Source of the DNA: the human T2T-CHM13v2.0 reference genome, Homo sapiens
Assembly: GCF_009914755.1 (NCBI RefSeq)
Contig: NC_060942.1
DNA length: 64,000 bases
Strand: one strand, 5' to 3'
Within the stretch, counting starts at the first letter, position 1. Every line of letters starts with the position of its first letter. The notes under the pieces were generated by a model. The model did no database searches. It had not been told where the DNA came from and was given only the letters and a program-made list of their open reading frames with translations. The translations under genes were made by a program, and so were the position numbers. Below are positions 44,882 through 58,414 of the stretch, piece by piece.

Positions 44882-47800
44882 GGATAAAGATTTTTAAGAA
44901 TTTCAGTGACTAAACTTTAAGAAGGAATGAAGCCCACGCAGGAACTCTGTATGACTTTCAACCCGAGGGGCTCTGGCCTGGGCTTTCCAGTGACTGGCAG
45001 CATCGGGACATCCACTGCTGTGGCCTTGGCCCCATTTCCCGTGTTGTGCCCCCCACTTGCTGCAGATGCCCTGACGGCAGCGTGGCCAAACAAGGGGAGG
45101 AGCTGTGAGCACAGACATGGCCTGCTGGTCAACAGGGCAGGGAGAGCCAGCCTGGCACTGAGCTTGCAGCCTGGTTGGGGGAGATACCCAGAGCGCCAAT
45201 ACCACACAGACCCTCCAGGACTGCTGGGGTCAGTGGGCAGGGTCCTCTGAGGTGTCAGACCTGCCCCACCTGTCGGGGGAGGGTAGGACAGGTGGGACGC
45301 TTGCAGGCTGAGCTGCATTGGGCGGCGAGGCTGGGGGCACCCTCACCCCACTCCAGGCAGGTCCTTCACAAGCATGGAAACAGGAGTGACTGGGATGCAC
45401 CGCCAGGTGTGAAAGGCACCTTGTCCTCTCCTAGAGGAATCCAGCCCAAGGACTTCCCCACTGTTGCCTGGACCTACTGGGAGCTCAGGCCCCAGGGCCT
45501 CTGCACAGCTTTGCCCTTGCCGGGTGTGCCCTCCTCCCCACTTCAAGCCCAGTCCTACCTTCCCCCTCAGGTTTACCTGGCCCTAGCATCTACCCCAGCT
45601 GTCCTGCCCTCCTGCTAAACTCCCAACCCCTGACCCCAAAGGCCAGAAGAGGTATCTGTTCACTGAAGGATGCCAGGGACCTTCTTCCTGTAGGGGGATG
45701 GATGGGATTCAGCTTGCTGGAGGGGATGGCCATACTCCAGCCTCCTCACAGGGAGCGCCTCCCTCTCCACTCTCTCCCCAGGAATGGCTCTTGGAGGCTC
45801 AAGGGAGCCTGAGCCTCTGCCCATCTGTAAGCTGCCTCCAACTCTCAGTCAGGGTTTGGATGCCCCAAGTGCAGTCCTGAGGCCCCCGCCCCCCCCCATC
45901 CTACTGTCCTGGCTTCTGAGGCATCTGCAAATCATAGGCCTCCCATGGAAGGGGAGCAGCAGGCGAGGTCTGCATGAGCCCCACAGATGCCTGCTCACCT
46001 GCTGGACTTAAAGTCTGTGCCCCTCCCCGACCACCAGGGTACCCAGATCCCAGGTGGCTCAGCCAGGCCCAGAGCCCCAAGAGCTGGGCTGTTCTCTCTA
46101 ACTGGGATCTGGGGTAGGGGCTGCCCCCACCAAGTCCCTGGGGGACTGTCTGGGACATCCAGGCCCTGTCTTCTTGTCTTAACCACTCACAACAGAGAAC
46201 ACAGATGTTCTGTCCAAGAAGGAAGCCCCCACACTCCTCCCATCCTGCCTCTATTTAAATGCGTGGGCATGACCACCCCGAGCCAGCCTGTAAGGGGTCA
46301 CGGGGCCATCGGGGAAGCAGTGTGGAGAAGACCCCTGGCCTGGCCTCAACCTGCTCGCAAGGGAGCTAAGAGCTGGGGACAGAGCCTGGAAGCCGCAGCC
46401 TTTGCACCCAGGCAGGCCTGCCCACCTACCCCCCACGCCCCACATACCTGCTGACAGCCTCCTCTGTCCTGGCCACTGTGGGCAGCGGGGGCGGGGGGCC
46501 TCCCGGCCCGGACCCGTGTTCACAGCATCCATGGCACTCACTGCCTTCTGGTCGTCATGTATCGCTGTCGGAGCCCCCACAGGAGCTGCTGTCAGAGGCC
46601 AGCAGGGGGGCCTTCCTGGTGACACACACGGAGGTACACGGAGGTACATGGAGAAGCTGGGCTGACTGCAGAGTAGGAGGCCTGTGCTGTCCAGTGAGGC
46701 AGGAGGGGCCACAGGGTGTGGCAACCCCGGCCATAGGGATCCCTTACGTGTAGCCCTCTCACATGCAGCCTGTTGCCTGCACACGTGTACCTGTGTGGAA
46801 ACAGCATGACGAGGCTAACAGGCTCACACACCTTCCATGTGGTCTCCATACAAGCAACACTGTTGCCTCCCCCATGATACAGGGCAATGTGCTCTGGTCT
46901 CACATGAGGACGCAGAGGCTCAGGAAGGGGCCCGCTCTGCCTTGTGTGGTCCCGCCACAGCTCCTTCAAGCACCGGGGACACCAGTGTTGGAAGCCAGCT
47001 GTCGCTCGCCTGGAGCTCTCAGCCTTGTCTGAGGCAGCCTCTCGGCCTGACTAGGGGCCTGGGGGCCAGGGGCTCTGATCAGGCCCCAGAATGGCTTCCT
47101 GCCAACAACCCACCCACACACATCTCAATGCTGGGGTCCTGGTGCTGCTGTCTAGAACCAAGGGTGCAGACCTGGGCTGTGCCACCTGCTCAGACGGGGC
47201 TCAGGGCCAGCCCAATGGCCTTGCTGCCTCCCCTCTGGGGGCTGGGGGCCTCCCCATCTGCACGTGGCTGCTCCAGTCCCACTGCTGTATCAAACCTCAA
47301 TGTCACCAGAGACCTAGCAGCATGCGGGGTCCTGGCCACCTTCTCCCACTGACCCCAAGGAGGGGGGCCAGCTGGCCTCAGGCCTTACACTGGGCAAGGC
47401 TAGGCCTCTGCAGGAGGCTGGGTGCCGCCTGCACTGCTGCTACTCACAGGCTTTCTCGAGGCCTTGGCTCTGGCTGCCTCAGCCTGGCTGTGTTCTGTGT
47501 CCATCAGAGAGCTGCACCTGGGCCCTGATTCAGAGCTACAGACAAGGACGAGGACAGGGTCAGTCCCGGGGGACGGGCACCTCCTGACCCTGACAGGCAC
47601 TTCCTGACACGGCCCCTTCCTGCCAATGCATTTGTTACCAGCAGAAAGGCTGGAATTCGGTGAACTGGCCCAGGCTTTCTCCTCTGGAGCTGAGGTGCCA
47701 GCTGCCCACACGCTGGAACCCATGTCCCTCACCCCTCCTGGGGCTATGGGCGTCGAGTTCGCTGGCTCATCAAACACTGTCATCCACATGGCATCTGCTG

Positions 47801-48020
47801 GGTGAGAGACACAGTGGTCAGGTGTGGGCAGGCCTGTCTGGGGTGCTGCAGGCAAAGGGGAGGCAGCGCACCCCCCACCGGGGGCCCCACAGAGGTTGAC
47901 AGGAACATGGGGCTGCTCCAGGAGGGAGGCCCAGGCAGTGCCCCTCAGCCCCTCAGAGAATAACAGGGGACAGCTCGAGGGTCCTGACAAGCTGCCAACA
48001 TCCATGGGGCATGTGAACCA

Positions 48021-48277
48021 GGGCTCAGCCAGGCGCCTGAGGGCCCCCAGGCCTCCAGCAGGGCTGACACTGACAGTGTGGAGGTGATGCCACTACCCTC
48101 CATGATCCGGGGCTCAGTCAGGCACCTGAGGGCCCCTAGGCCTCCGGCAGGGCTGACGCTGATAGTGTGGAGGCAATGCCACTGCCCTCCATGACCTGAG
48201 GCTCAGTAAGGTGCCTGAGGGCCTCTAGGCCTCCAGCATGGCTGACGCTGACAGTGTGGAGGTGATGCCACTGCCCT
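48021..48277. repeat. 89-bp tandem repeat, about 3 copies
   Basis: Units start near 48021, 48110 and 48199 (GGGCTCAG..CCTGAGGGCC..GGCTGAC..GTGTGGAGG..TGCCACT..CCCT). Confidence 0.85.
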
Positions 48278-49854
48278 GTCCTATCCAGGACCGCATCCAA
48301 CAGAGACGGCAGCTCACCAAGCACCACTGGGCCCTCCCTGGCCTCAAGGATGAGCCGCCTTCCTCCTATCTGGGACGTTCCTGCTTCCCCAGGGTGTTGC
48401 CCTTGCTCTCTCTTTTGGCCTCAGCTAAGAGCTCAGCACCTCCTAACAGAGATCCCTGCCCCCTCCCCAAAGTCCTGAGTGGGTCAGTGCTGCCCCCAGG
48501 GCAGGGGTAAGGAGAGGGGTCTTATCAGCCACGCAGCCTGCAGGGTGGACTGGCTCCTGTCCTAGATGTCAGCCGTGAGGGTGGAGGCCAGCCTGTGCTG
48601 CTGCGCTGGGGTGGGCATCAGGCCTGTGCCGCATTGTATGGGGGCCGGGTGGACGATGCGGACTAGGTGGACACCACCCATCAACCTTGGTGACAGTGGC
48701 GGAGTGACAACAACCGAGAGGCAGGGGCAGGAGACCACCCTGTGCCGGGCACAGGGCAGCACAGACCCCTACTCAGGATGGCTGGGAAAGAGCTGGAGAT
48801 GCAGGTTTCGGGCCACTGTGAGCCCCAAATGCCTCAGCTCCAAATGAAGCCTCCACACCCCTAGGCCAGGGTACCATGTCCTGTCCCCAACACACACGTC
48901 CCCGGCCCCACAGCACCACCTTCTGAGTCACCCTCCAGAGGAGGGGCTTTGTTCTTTCCAGGGTCTGGGGGGCACCTGCCCCAGGCGCATCACCGTCTGC
49001 TTCCAAGCTCACCTTCCCATCCTGGCCTCCGCACTCCGGGCCATTCTTTGAGCAGCTCTCTGAAGCATGGGGGGCTCCAAACCTCGGGGAGATGCAGAGT
49101 CAGATGCCTGGTGGTCCAGGACAGATGCCTAACACTGAGGGTCAGTGACAGCACCAGGCTCCAGGCTGAGGGTGAGCACAGAATGCCCTGAGTGAGGAGC
49201 ACAAGTCACTCCAGGCCTCAGCTCCGGGCTCCTGAGTGTCACCCGCTGCGTTGGGCGCCAGTGCTTGCAGGACGGGTTTCCTTTTCTGCGAGCCGGCATA
49301 ACAAACAGCAGGGCGTCTGGGCATCTGACGGGTGTTCTGGGGGCTGCACCTCCTCGGCAGAGGCTTTGGGGGGATGGGCAGGCCCCGCACCTGGCTCTGG
49401 CCTTCACCTGGGCAGCACCGCGAGTGTCGCTGTCCTCCGAGATGTCCTCGTCTTCATCAAAGTGCTGGATGCAGTCGCTGCAGCAGGCCTCAGAGCTGCG
49501 CTGGGCTGCAGAGTAAAACGCCAAGGTCAGTTTCCAGACAGTCTGGGGGAGAAGGCGCTCTCCCCACAGGGCTCCCAGAGGGGCTTAGTTCAGGATGTGG
49601 GCGCCATGGGCTGGAGGGCATGATGGGAAGGGTCAAGAAAAGCGACTGTCCCTAGCTCCACAGAGGGGCCTCTCCCAGCCCCACCGCACAGGCCCACGAC
49701 AGACCGAGCCATGGGCGCGGCCTGAGCTGCCTGGGAAAAGGGTGCCTGCATGACCCCGCACAGCCCCGCTCGCTCACACTGTCCTCCTCAGTGTCGATGT
49801 TGAAGTTGATCTCCGCGATCCTGTCAAATGGGGCGCTGCAAGAGCAAGGGGGAT

Positions 49855-50137
49855 GGCCTCGGCGCTCCCCGCCCGGCCCACTGCTCATCTGGGGGCCTCG
49901 GTGCTCCTCCCCCACTGCTCATCTGGGGCCTCGGCGCTCCTCCCCCGGGGCTCATCTGGGGCCTCAGCTCTCCTCCTCTGGTGCTCATCTGGGGCCTCAA
50001 CGCTCCTCCCCCGCTGCTCATCTGGGGCCTCAGTGCTCCTCCCCTGCTGCTCATCTGGGGCCTCAGGTCTCCTCCCCGGTGCTCATCTGAGGCCTCAGTG
50101 CTCCTCCCCTGGTGCTCACTGGGGGCCTCAGCACCCT
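49855..50137. repeat. 33-bp GC-rich minisatellite (about 8 copies) in a PPP6R2-derived intron
   Basis: Unit approximately GCTCATCTGGGGCCTCAGTGCTCCTCCCCTGCT, 32-34 nt per copy. Confidence 0.9.
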
Positions 50138-53100
50138 CACGCAACTGGAAACACCTGTTATCTCCCGGCAAGGCCTAAGGGAGCTGCCCCCATGGGACTT
50201 CAGCAGCGAGGAGGGGGAGTCGCGCCTCGTGCAGGGGGCATCCAAGTGGACTCACTTGATGTTGTCATGGTCTGCAAACTCCTCATCATTGAAGCCAAAC
50301 TGATCCACAAAGTTGGCCGTCATCTGCTGGATCTGGTAGTCAGAGAAGTCCTGGGAGGGAAGGAGGGAAGGAGGGACGGAAGGAGGGAGGCAGGGACTGA
50401 CGCCGGTCATAGAGCAGTCCTCAGGCCTACAGGCTGCTCTTTGGGAACCACAGTCTCTCTAGTTGTTCAGGAGCTTCTCCTCCAGCAAAAGTGGGCAGTA
50501 AACTCTGACTGTTCAGGGCTCACGATTCTACCAAAACTCAGGCCGCGTGCTCACTGTGCTCACATCCGAGATACGTCCCATATTCTTTGACTTTCGAGTT
50601 TATCTGCTGTGTCCTCAGTGCTCTCATCAAGGTGGAGTGACTTTGGAGTTCTCCCCTCAGACCCACCCCACCCCATACGTGCTCGGAGATGAGCCCCCTC
50701 TCCCTTTTGCTAGTAAGATGCCATCAGAGACTTGTCTGGAGGACCAAGTGCAGAGCACACAGGTGCCAGGAAGGGCCCGGCAGGGTGCAGGGGCCGGCCA
50801 CGCCCTCACCTGCTGAAGGGACAGCCCATTAGGGAAAGCACCCTCAATGTCCTCACTCGAGGAGTGAAGATAGTGAGTACTTGCCTAAAACACAGGCCAG
50901 ATGGGGTGGGTGTGTGAGCCAGCCCAGCGCCCCAGATCCTGCCCAGCCCAGGGCTCCCAGACCCCACCCAGCATGTCACTCACCAGATCTCTGGGCCCAG
51001 GAGGCCTTGCTGTGTAAGGAGGTGCCCAGGTGAGGCCAAGGTCCTGTGACAGCCCAACATCCATGTGCAGGGGGCAGGTTGGTCTCAGGCATATGGAGCC
51101 CTCTGCCAACAAGCTACAGCTCCTGGACTGGGAGGGAAGGGACCTGGGGCCAACACCGGCTCTGCACAGAGGTCCTCAGAGACCAGCCCTGGGTGTGGCA
51201 CAGGACAGGGTCTGTGTTTCAGGCATCAGCCTGGAGGACAGACTGCACACTTGCAGGGTATGCTCGGGCACCCGTGTCCAAGAGGAGCAGGCAGGTGTGC
51301 GGCCCTTGTGCCTCTCTTGGCCTCTGCTTCGGGGCAAAGACAGGAGCGTCTGACAGCGTCCCAGCACTGTTCATGCACCAAGGGGGCAGCCCCGAGCCTC
51401 CTGCGTCCCAGCACCATGCGGGCGCCGAGGGTCAGCCCCGAGCCTCCTCAACAAGTCCACAGTGTTCCTGCAGTTGGTCTCCGTCAGCGTCTCCTCCACA
51501 AAGCTCTCCTAGCAGCCATGGCAATCCACAGGGAGCCCTGCAAGGAAAGTGCTGCCTGGTGAGCCCTGGGAGACCCCGTGCAGGTGGCTCAGGGCACTCA
51601 GGCGCTCCGGCAGGTGCATCCTGGGTCCAGAAGGATGGGGCGGTGCTACTGTGGTCAGTCCATCTGAGGGCCTGAAGCAGGAGCTTTGCTGGATGGGAAG
51701 GAGGCAGCATAGTCGCGTGTCCGGAGGGGCCTGGGGCCACAGTGAGATTGAGGTGCAGCAACTGTGGGCAGGGTGGTGGGCACTTCTGCCCCTACCGAGA
51801 CCTCAGTGGGCAACCGAGTTCCAAGTCTGTTGGTGTGGAAGCCCATTCTGAGGAACTCCCAGAAACGCAGAAGCTGTGGAACAGAATCTGAGAAAGCAGC
51901 AAGCTTCCTTCACCCTGCCTCACAGGCCCAAATTCAGCAGCAGCCTACAGGCCTGGGTGTGTGTCCTGTCTGTTTTTCTGGGGAGGTCAGAACCCTGGAA
52001 GGATTCACAATCTGGAGACTGTATGGGATGATCCAAGAGCTTCCTGCTTGCCCCTCGCCTACCTAAACCACCCCTGCCCTGGGGAGCCCTCCCTGGCCTC
52101 CACCTCCACCCATCTCTTTTGCCCTCCTCTTGCCCTGCTCTTATTATTTGTGACAGTGGCCGGCAGGCCTGACCTTGCTAGGGGCTAATGGGGCCCAACC
52201 CAGGAGACCCCTCACCCTATGGTCCTGGGGTGCAGGGAGGACCATCCAGAGCTTCCTCACCTTGTACCGGTATAGGGAGGAGGGGCCATGGCTGGGCCCG
52301 CCTCTGCCACACATGTGGTGTGCCTGTGTCCACCTAATCCACTGTGCTCTTAAGAAACAGGGTGCTACCTGTTCCCCTGAGACTTGTGCTATGAAGTCTC
52401 ACACCTGAGTGAGAATGTGAGACTCTCCAACCACCTGAATGCAGAGCAAAGCTGGCACACGGCCAGGACTGCCTGCACCCAGGCAGGACTCCATGAGCTG
52501 CAAGGAGCCTGGCAGCGCTAATGGCTTCGGAGCACCAGCTCCAGAGTCACCAACTGCCCCCAGCAGGGACTGTCTCTTGTGCCACATGCTGATGCCTGGT
52601 AAGGTCTCCACAGAAGTCTGCCCAACAGAACTGACACATGAGACCCAGGTCCCCCTGAGGATAGATCTGATGTGGGAAGTGAGAGGACAGAGACGGCTGC
52701 GGGGTCTTTCACTGTCAGTGCAATCAGCACCTGCTGACGGGCAGAGGGGAGCCTCGGGCAGCAGCTCCTTCAGAGCCCCGGTGCCCGCGACCAGCAAAAG
52801 GATGACCGGGTGGGGGGCTCACCTCAGATGACCTCGCTGATGTGCGTCTGCACAGAGCCCCACTCCAGGTTCTGCACCAGTACGTTGGCGATCTGCGTGA
52901 GGTGGCCTATGTTCCCACGCCTCATGCCACCCATCGCCCTAAAAGCCACAAGCACCATCAGGGTGGCCGCCTGGCCCCAACCTTGCCAGACCCATGACCC
53001 GGTGAGCCAAGTGGCACAGGCCTCCAGGTTCACCTCCAGAGCAAGTGCCCGGCCCTTGCCCAGAGCCCGTGCCCCCGGCCCTGCCTCCAAGACACTTCTG

Positions 53101-54029
53101 TTTGAGCAGCACCTGCCACGTGAAGCAGGCTCACCCCAACCTCACTACCAAAAGTGCCACTGAGACAGACATGGAGACAGACACTGCTCTCATCCCATTT
53201 TACAGACAGGGAAACGGAGGCAGAAAGGCCGTGGTGTGGCCTGAGCCCTGCTGGTGGCAGCAGTGGCGCAGGAGCTGAGCCCACGCTGTCAGCTACAAAG
53301 CTCAGGCTCAGCACCCTGCAGGGAGGGTCGGGTGGGACCTCCATGCTGTGCGGCCCAGCTCAGCCTCTGCTTCCCCACAGCTGCACTCAAACCCCTCCCA
53401 GCTCCAGTGAGTCCCTCCTCATATCGCCCAGAGCCAGACAGCTCCCAGCAGGACAATGAATGGGTGGGGATGGCTTTGGGTCCAGGACAATAGGCAGGAC
53501 GTGTGTCCTGACCAGAGGGAGCACCCATTAAGCAGAAGACACGGAAAGACCAAAATAACGTGTCCCCATGTGTGAGTGCTGATGGAGCACCCGAGTTCTT
53601 GGGGAAGATCAGGAATGGACAGGGGACCCGCAAGAGGGCAAAGTCTAGGCAAGCCAGGCTGGGCAGGGGCCAGAGCAGGTGCCTGGTGGGGATGGGACTG
53701 CTTCCTGTCAGCTCCCTGTGCCCCCTCCCCAAGTAGCATTTGCAGCTGTCCACCCAGTAGGAGGGCCCCTTGCATGGCAGCCTGAGTGTGGAGCTGTGTC
53801 GCACACCCAGCGCTCCACCAGAGCATGCAGTCCTGCACGCAGCATCACCAGTGCCCGGCTGAGGTGCGTCTCTGCATCCCTGACTGGCCAGGCTGGGTCC
53901 CTCCGTGTCCGAGTGGCTCTTACTGTGTGTGGTCGTTGGCTTCCCAGGCCTCCAGGATCCTCTGCCCCAGGCAGCACTTCTGAAACAACTGGGGGTGGCA
54001 GGGGCGGTAGCGTGAGTCAGAGTCTGACT

Positions 54030-54261
54030 TGGCGCACTGCAACCTCTGCCTCCCAGGTTCAAGCGATTCTCCTGCCTCAGCCTCCTGAGTAGCTGGGATT
54101 ACAGGCGCCCGCCACCATGCCCAGTTAATTTTTGTATTTTTAGTAGAGACGGGGTCTTGCCATGTTGGTCACGCTAGTCTTGAACTTCCGACCTCAGGTG
54201 ATTTGTCCACCTCAGCCTCCCAAAGTGCTGGGATTACAGGCATGAGCCACCATGCCTTGCC
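54030..54261 (-). mobile_element. Alu lacking its 3' end and tail
   Basis: Begins at GGCGCACTGCAACCTC with no poly-T. Confidence 0.88.
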
Positions 54262-54675
54262 TCTTTTGTCCTTAAGTTGGAAGCTTAACTCATTAATTTG
54301 TAGCCTTTCTTCTTTTCCAGTCTGTCTTTAAAAGGCTACATTTCCCTGTATACAATGATGAACTTTAACTACATTCTACACATTTTGCTATGTAGTATTT
54401 TTATTATTCTTCAGTTCTAAGTATTTGAAAAGTTCCTTTATAATTTTGTCTTCCTCATGAGTTATTAGAAGTGTTTTAGACTCTCAAGCACGTGAGGATT
54501 CCACACAGGATGGGCAGGCATGTGCACATCGTCCACCACACAAACATGAGACTGTGAGGTGCATGTTCAGAGATTCCCCAAGGGAGCCCGGACCTAAGCA
54601 GCATGGGCTGAAGCCCAGAGGAGGTTCTGGCCACCTAGGCACTCCCCTGGGGGACAGAGGTAGCTGAATGAGGAC

Positions 54676-55220
54676 AGCGGGTCTGCAAGCTACCATCCAT
54701 AGGCCAAATCCAGCCTATCACTTGCTACTGTAAATATAAAGTCTTAGTTAAACACAGCCACGCCCGTTCATTCACATATTGTCTGTGGCCACTTTCATGC
54801 TTCAGAGGCAGAACTGAATGGTTATGACAGAAACTGTATGACCCGCAAAGCCTAAGATATTTACTCTCTGGCCTTAAGAGAAAAGTTTCCTGATCCCTAC
54901 TCTAGAGCTGCAGTGTCTAACATGGTAGCCACTGGGCAGCCACACATGGCTATCGAGGACTTTAAGTGTGGCTTGTTCAAATTGAGATGTGCTGCAAGTA
55001 TAAAAGACACACCAAAATTCGAAGACTTTATTTAAAAAAGACAATGAAATATGTCATTAATAACTTTTATATTGATTACATGTTGAAATTATATTACAGA
55101 TAATATACACTGGGTTAAATAAAATATTAATACAATTAACTTTACCTGCTTCTTTTTACTCTTTAAGGTAGGAAACTTTAACATATGGGGTTCTAATTAT
55201 ATTACTATTGGAGAGCATTG
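54676..55220. mobile_element. hAT-Charlie MITEs (MER58-like then MER33/MER3-like)
   Basis: GGCCAAATCCAGCC..CCCGCAAAGCCTAAGATATTTACT; TGGTAGCCACT..CCACACATGGCTAT. Confidence 0.7.
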
Positions 55221-57092
55221 CTCTAGAGTAAGGTTTAATTCAGCTGCCACGTAACTTAGCACACCCATTCCTATAAGATAATGGCAAACTTGAGGTTTAC
55301 ACATTTCCATTTTCCTCAGTGTGGTGACTTTATGCTCATGCAAATGTAATGACTTATATAATCTAGGAAGTAGACCACAACATTCTGTATATATTTTTGT
55401 CTTCTAAGCAGTTGTCCCTGATTAATTCATTCATCAAAAGCATTCGTATTACAGAAAGTTTGTGAAAGATCACACAGCTTAAAAAACTGAAAAAACAATA
55501 TTTTTACAAAATTTTATCATTCTAGGCTTAAAACTGTGAAAATCTATTAAAATCACAGTAGTAACCACACTGAAATCTGAAAAAGGGAATATACCAAAGA
55601 ACAGTACTTATGTTTGGGTGACAAAATTTAGCACTATTCTTAAAACTTATTTTCTAAATTGCTGTGACACTTTTTTTACAGTTAAAACAAGAAATTCTAA
55701 TAATTTGAAGTCAGAAAAATACAAAATCATAAAACCTTTGGAAGTATAAGTTTTACAATATACTAAATACTATAGAGTTAATATTTCAAGACAAAAAATA
55801 CAAAATAAAATTTAAAAGTTGAATTTAAAAAATAAAAGGACATATACCTAATCTCCCAAAATGTTTCTCCAGGAGCATCAGGATTCCACAAATCAATGCT
55901 ATCTAACTGACGAAGAACCAGCAGAGCCTGAATTTTTTTTAAAAAGAGAAAGGCAAAGAGAAGACTCACTCAAACATGTTTGGTAAACATAACGCTGGAG
56001 TATTTATTGTATAAATGCTAAGAAATTGAGCTATTTCATTTGTAGTTTCAATACATAGTAAAAGGTAAAAACAGATAAACTCTGGTGAACACAAACCTCT
56101 AGGGAATAATATAGACAGAATGATATCATTTTATTCCCATCATTCTTACTCTAACTGGCATAACCATATAAACCTAAATGATGAATTCAGAACAATATAC
56201 AACTGTAAAAATTCCTTTAAGAAACAAACAAAATAATTTCAACAGATATTAAAGAACTCTGTGAAACAAAAAGTTAATCCCCAAGTAAGAAGGGCTTGCC
56301 AAAATTAATACACACAGCAAAAGATAAGTAAAAATCGTCTCACTTGCCACAAAGTCTCTCGTAACAGAAAAGAGCAACTATTTTTCAAAATCAAGAGAGA
56401 GGAAGCAAAATGGATTTTGTATTTCATAACAGATTATCCATTCTAAAGTATTTCAATGGACCATAGAACTGAAATTGGAATTTGGTTCAGAGAACATTAA
56501 CAGGAATTAAATAATTCACTTACAATATATAACATATAGATTATTACATAAATTAAAACCATCAAAGATATAAAGAATAAAACGTAAACTCTTTCTTCAA
56601 ACTTATCCTATCTTAACTCCAATTCTACAATCCCAACTCACATTCCTCCCACCCCCCCTCCACCCCCAACCCAGCAGACACTGTGAAGCTCTGGACATTC
56701 CTTTCAGTCCTTGGTCAACTTATCAACGTATAAAGGCCAGACCCATATCATCTCATTTCAAACATTGTTATTGTAATTACTTTGAGATATTTAATGAAAA
56801 TTGCAATTAATTGTGAGAATCTCAAAAAACTATTAATTTAAAGCTCTCCTATCAAAAAAAAACAACACAAATTAAAAATCAAATTTGCTACTATTGTACC
56901 AAAACTTGGTACAATTTACTGGCAGTAGCTTTTTCAAGTGACAAATTTTCTATATTTTTGTTTGATAAAACTTTAAAAATATATATTGAAAGAAAACGTA
57001 TTAGCCTTTTCCCTGCTTTGATTTTTTCATGTTCCCTTTTTTTTGTATTTTCCACGTTTTAACAAAGCCATAAACACAGTATACTCACTTGA

Positions 57093-57782
<690 letters not shown>

Positions 57783-58117
57783 CTATATAGGTTTTAATGA
57801 ATGTTTATCAGCTCACCAAGTTAAAATACCATTCTCATTATTGAATATTAACCCATTCTCCTCCTAGTAAAGTTCTAATATTCTCCTATTGTAATCAAGA
57901 GTAATAAGTACCTATGTGTGCAGCTTTTTCCTTTTGAGTTATATTCATAATATTTTTAAAGTCATAGAAATTGAATTATTTGTACAAAAAAAAAATGAAA
58001 TGTTTGTATAGCTCCTGCCAAATAGCGTTCCAAAAAGACTGCAAGAAATGTATCAGTTTATGGGACCAATAGCAATGTACACAAATATGGAAGCAATGAC
58101 TAAGTAATAAGTGCTAA

Positions 58118-58414
<297 letters not shown>

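Larger units (their letters stand above)
46448..53988 (-). pseudogene. PPP6R2 (SAPS2) unprocessed partial pseudogene, 11 exons: 53924-53988, 52823-52938, 51452-51537, 50810-50884, 50256-50350, 49778-49835, 49391-49505, 48920-49082, 47639-47794, 47448-47535, 46448-46686
   Basis: Exons encode [137 protein letters not shown] and TRKAPLLASDSS. Stops at 52824-52826 and 51509-51511, a GT>TT donor at 51450-51451, and frameshifts. Confidence 0.93.

Noticed and set aside
44980-45260. Possible further PPP6R2 coding exon
   Set aside because: No recognisable PPP6R2 peptide or clear splice sites; treated as intronic
49855-50137. CRISPR-like periodicity
   Set aside because: No unique spacers and a eukaryotic context; it is a plain minisatellite
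44900-54090. Dense overlapping ORFs of 100-257 aa
   Set aside because: Expected from high GC content and the 33-bp repeat; only short pieces match PPP6R2 exons
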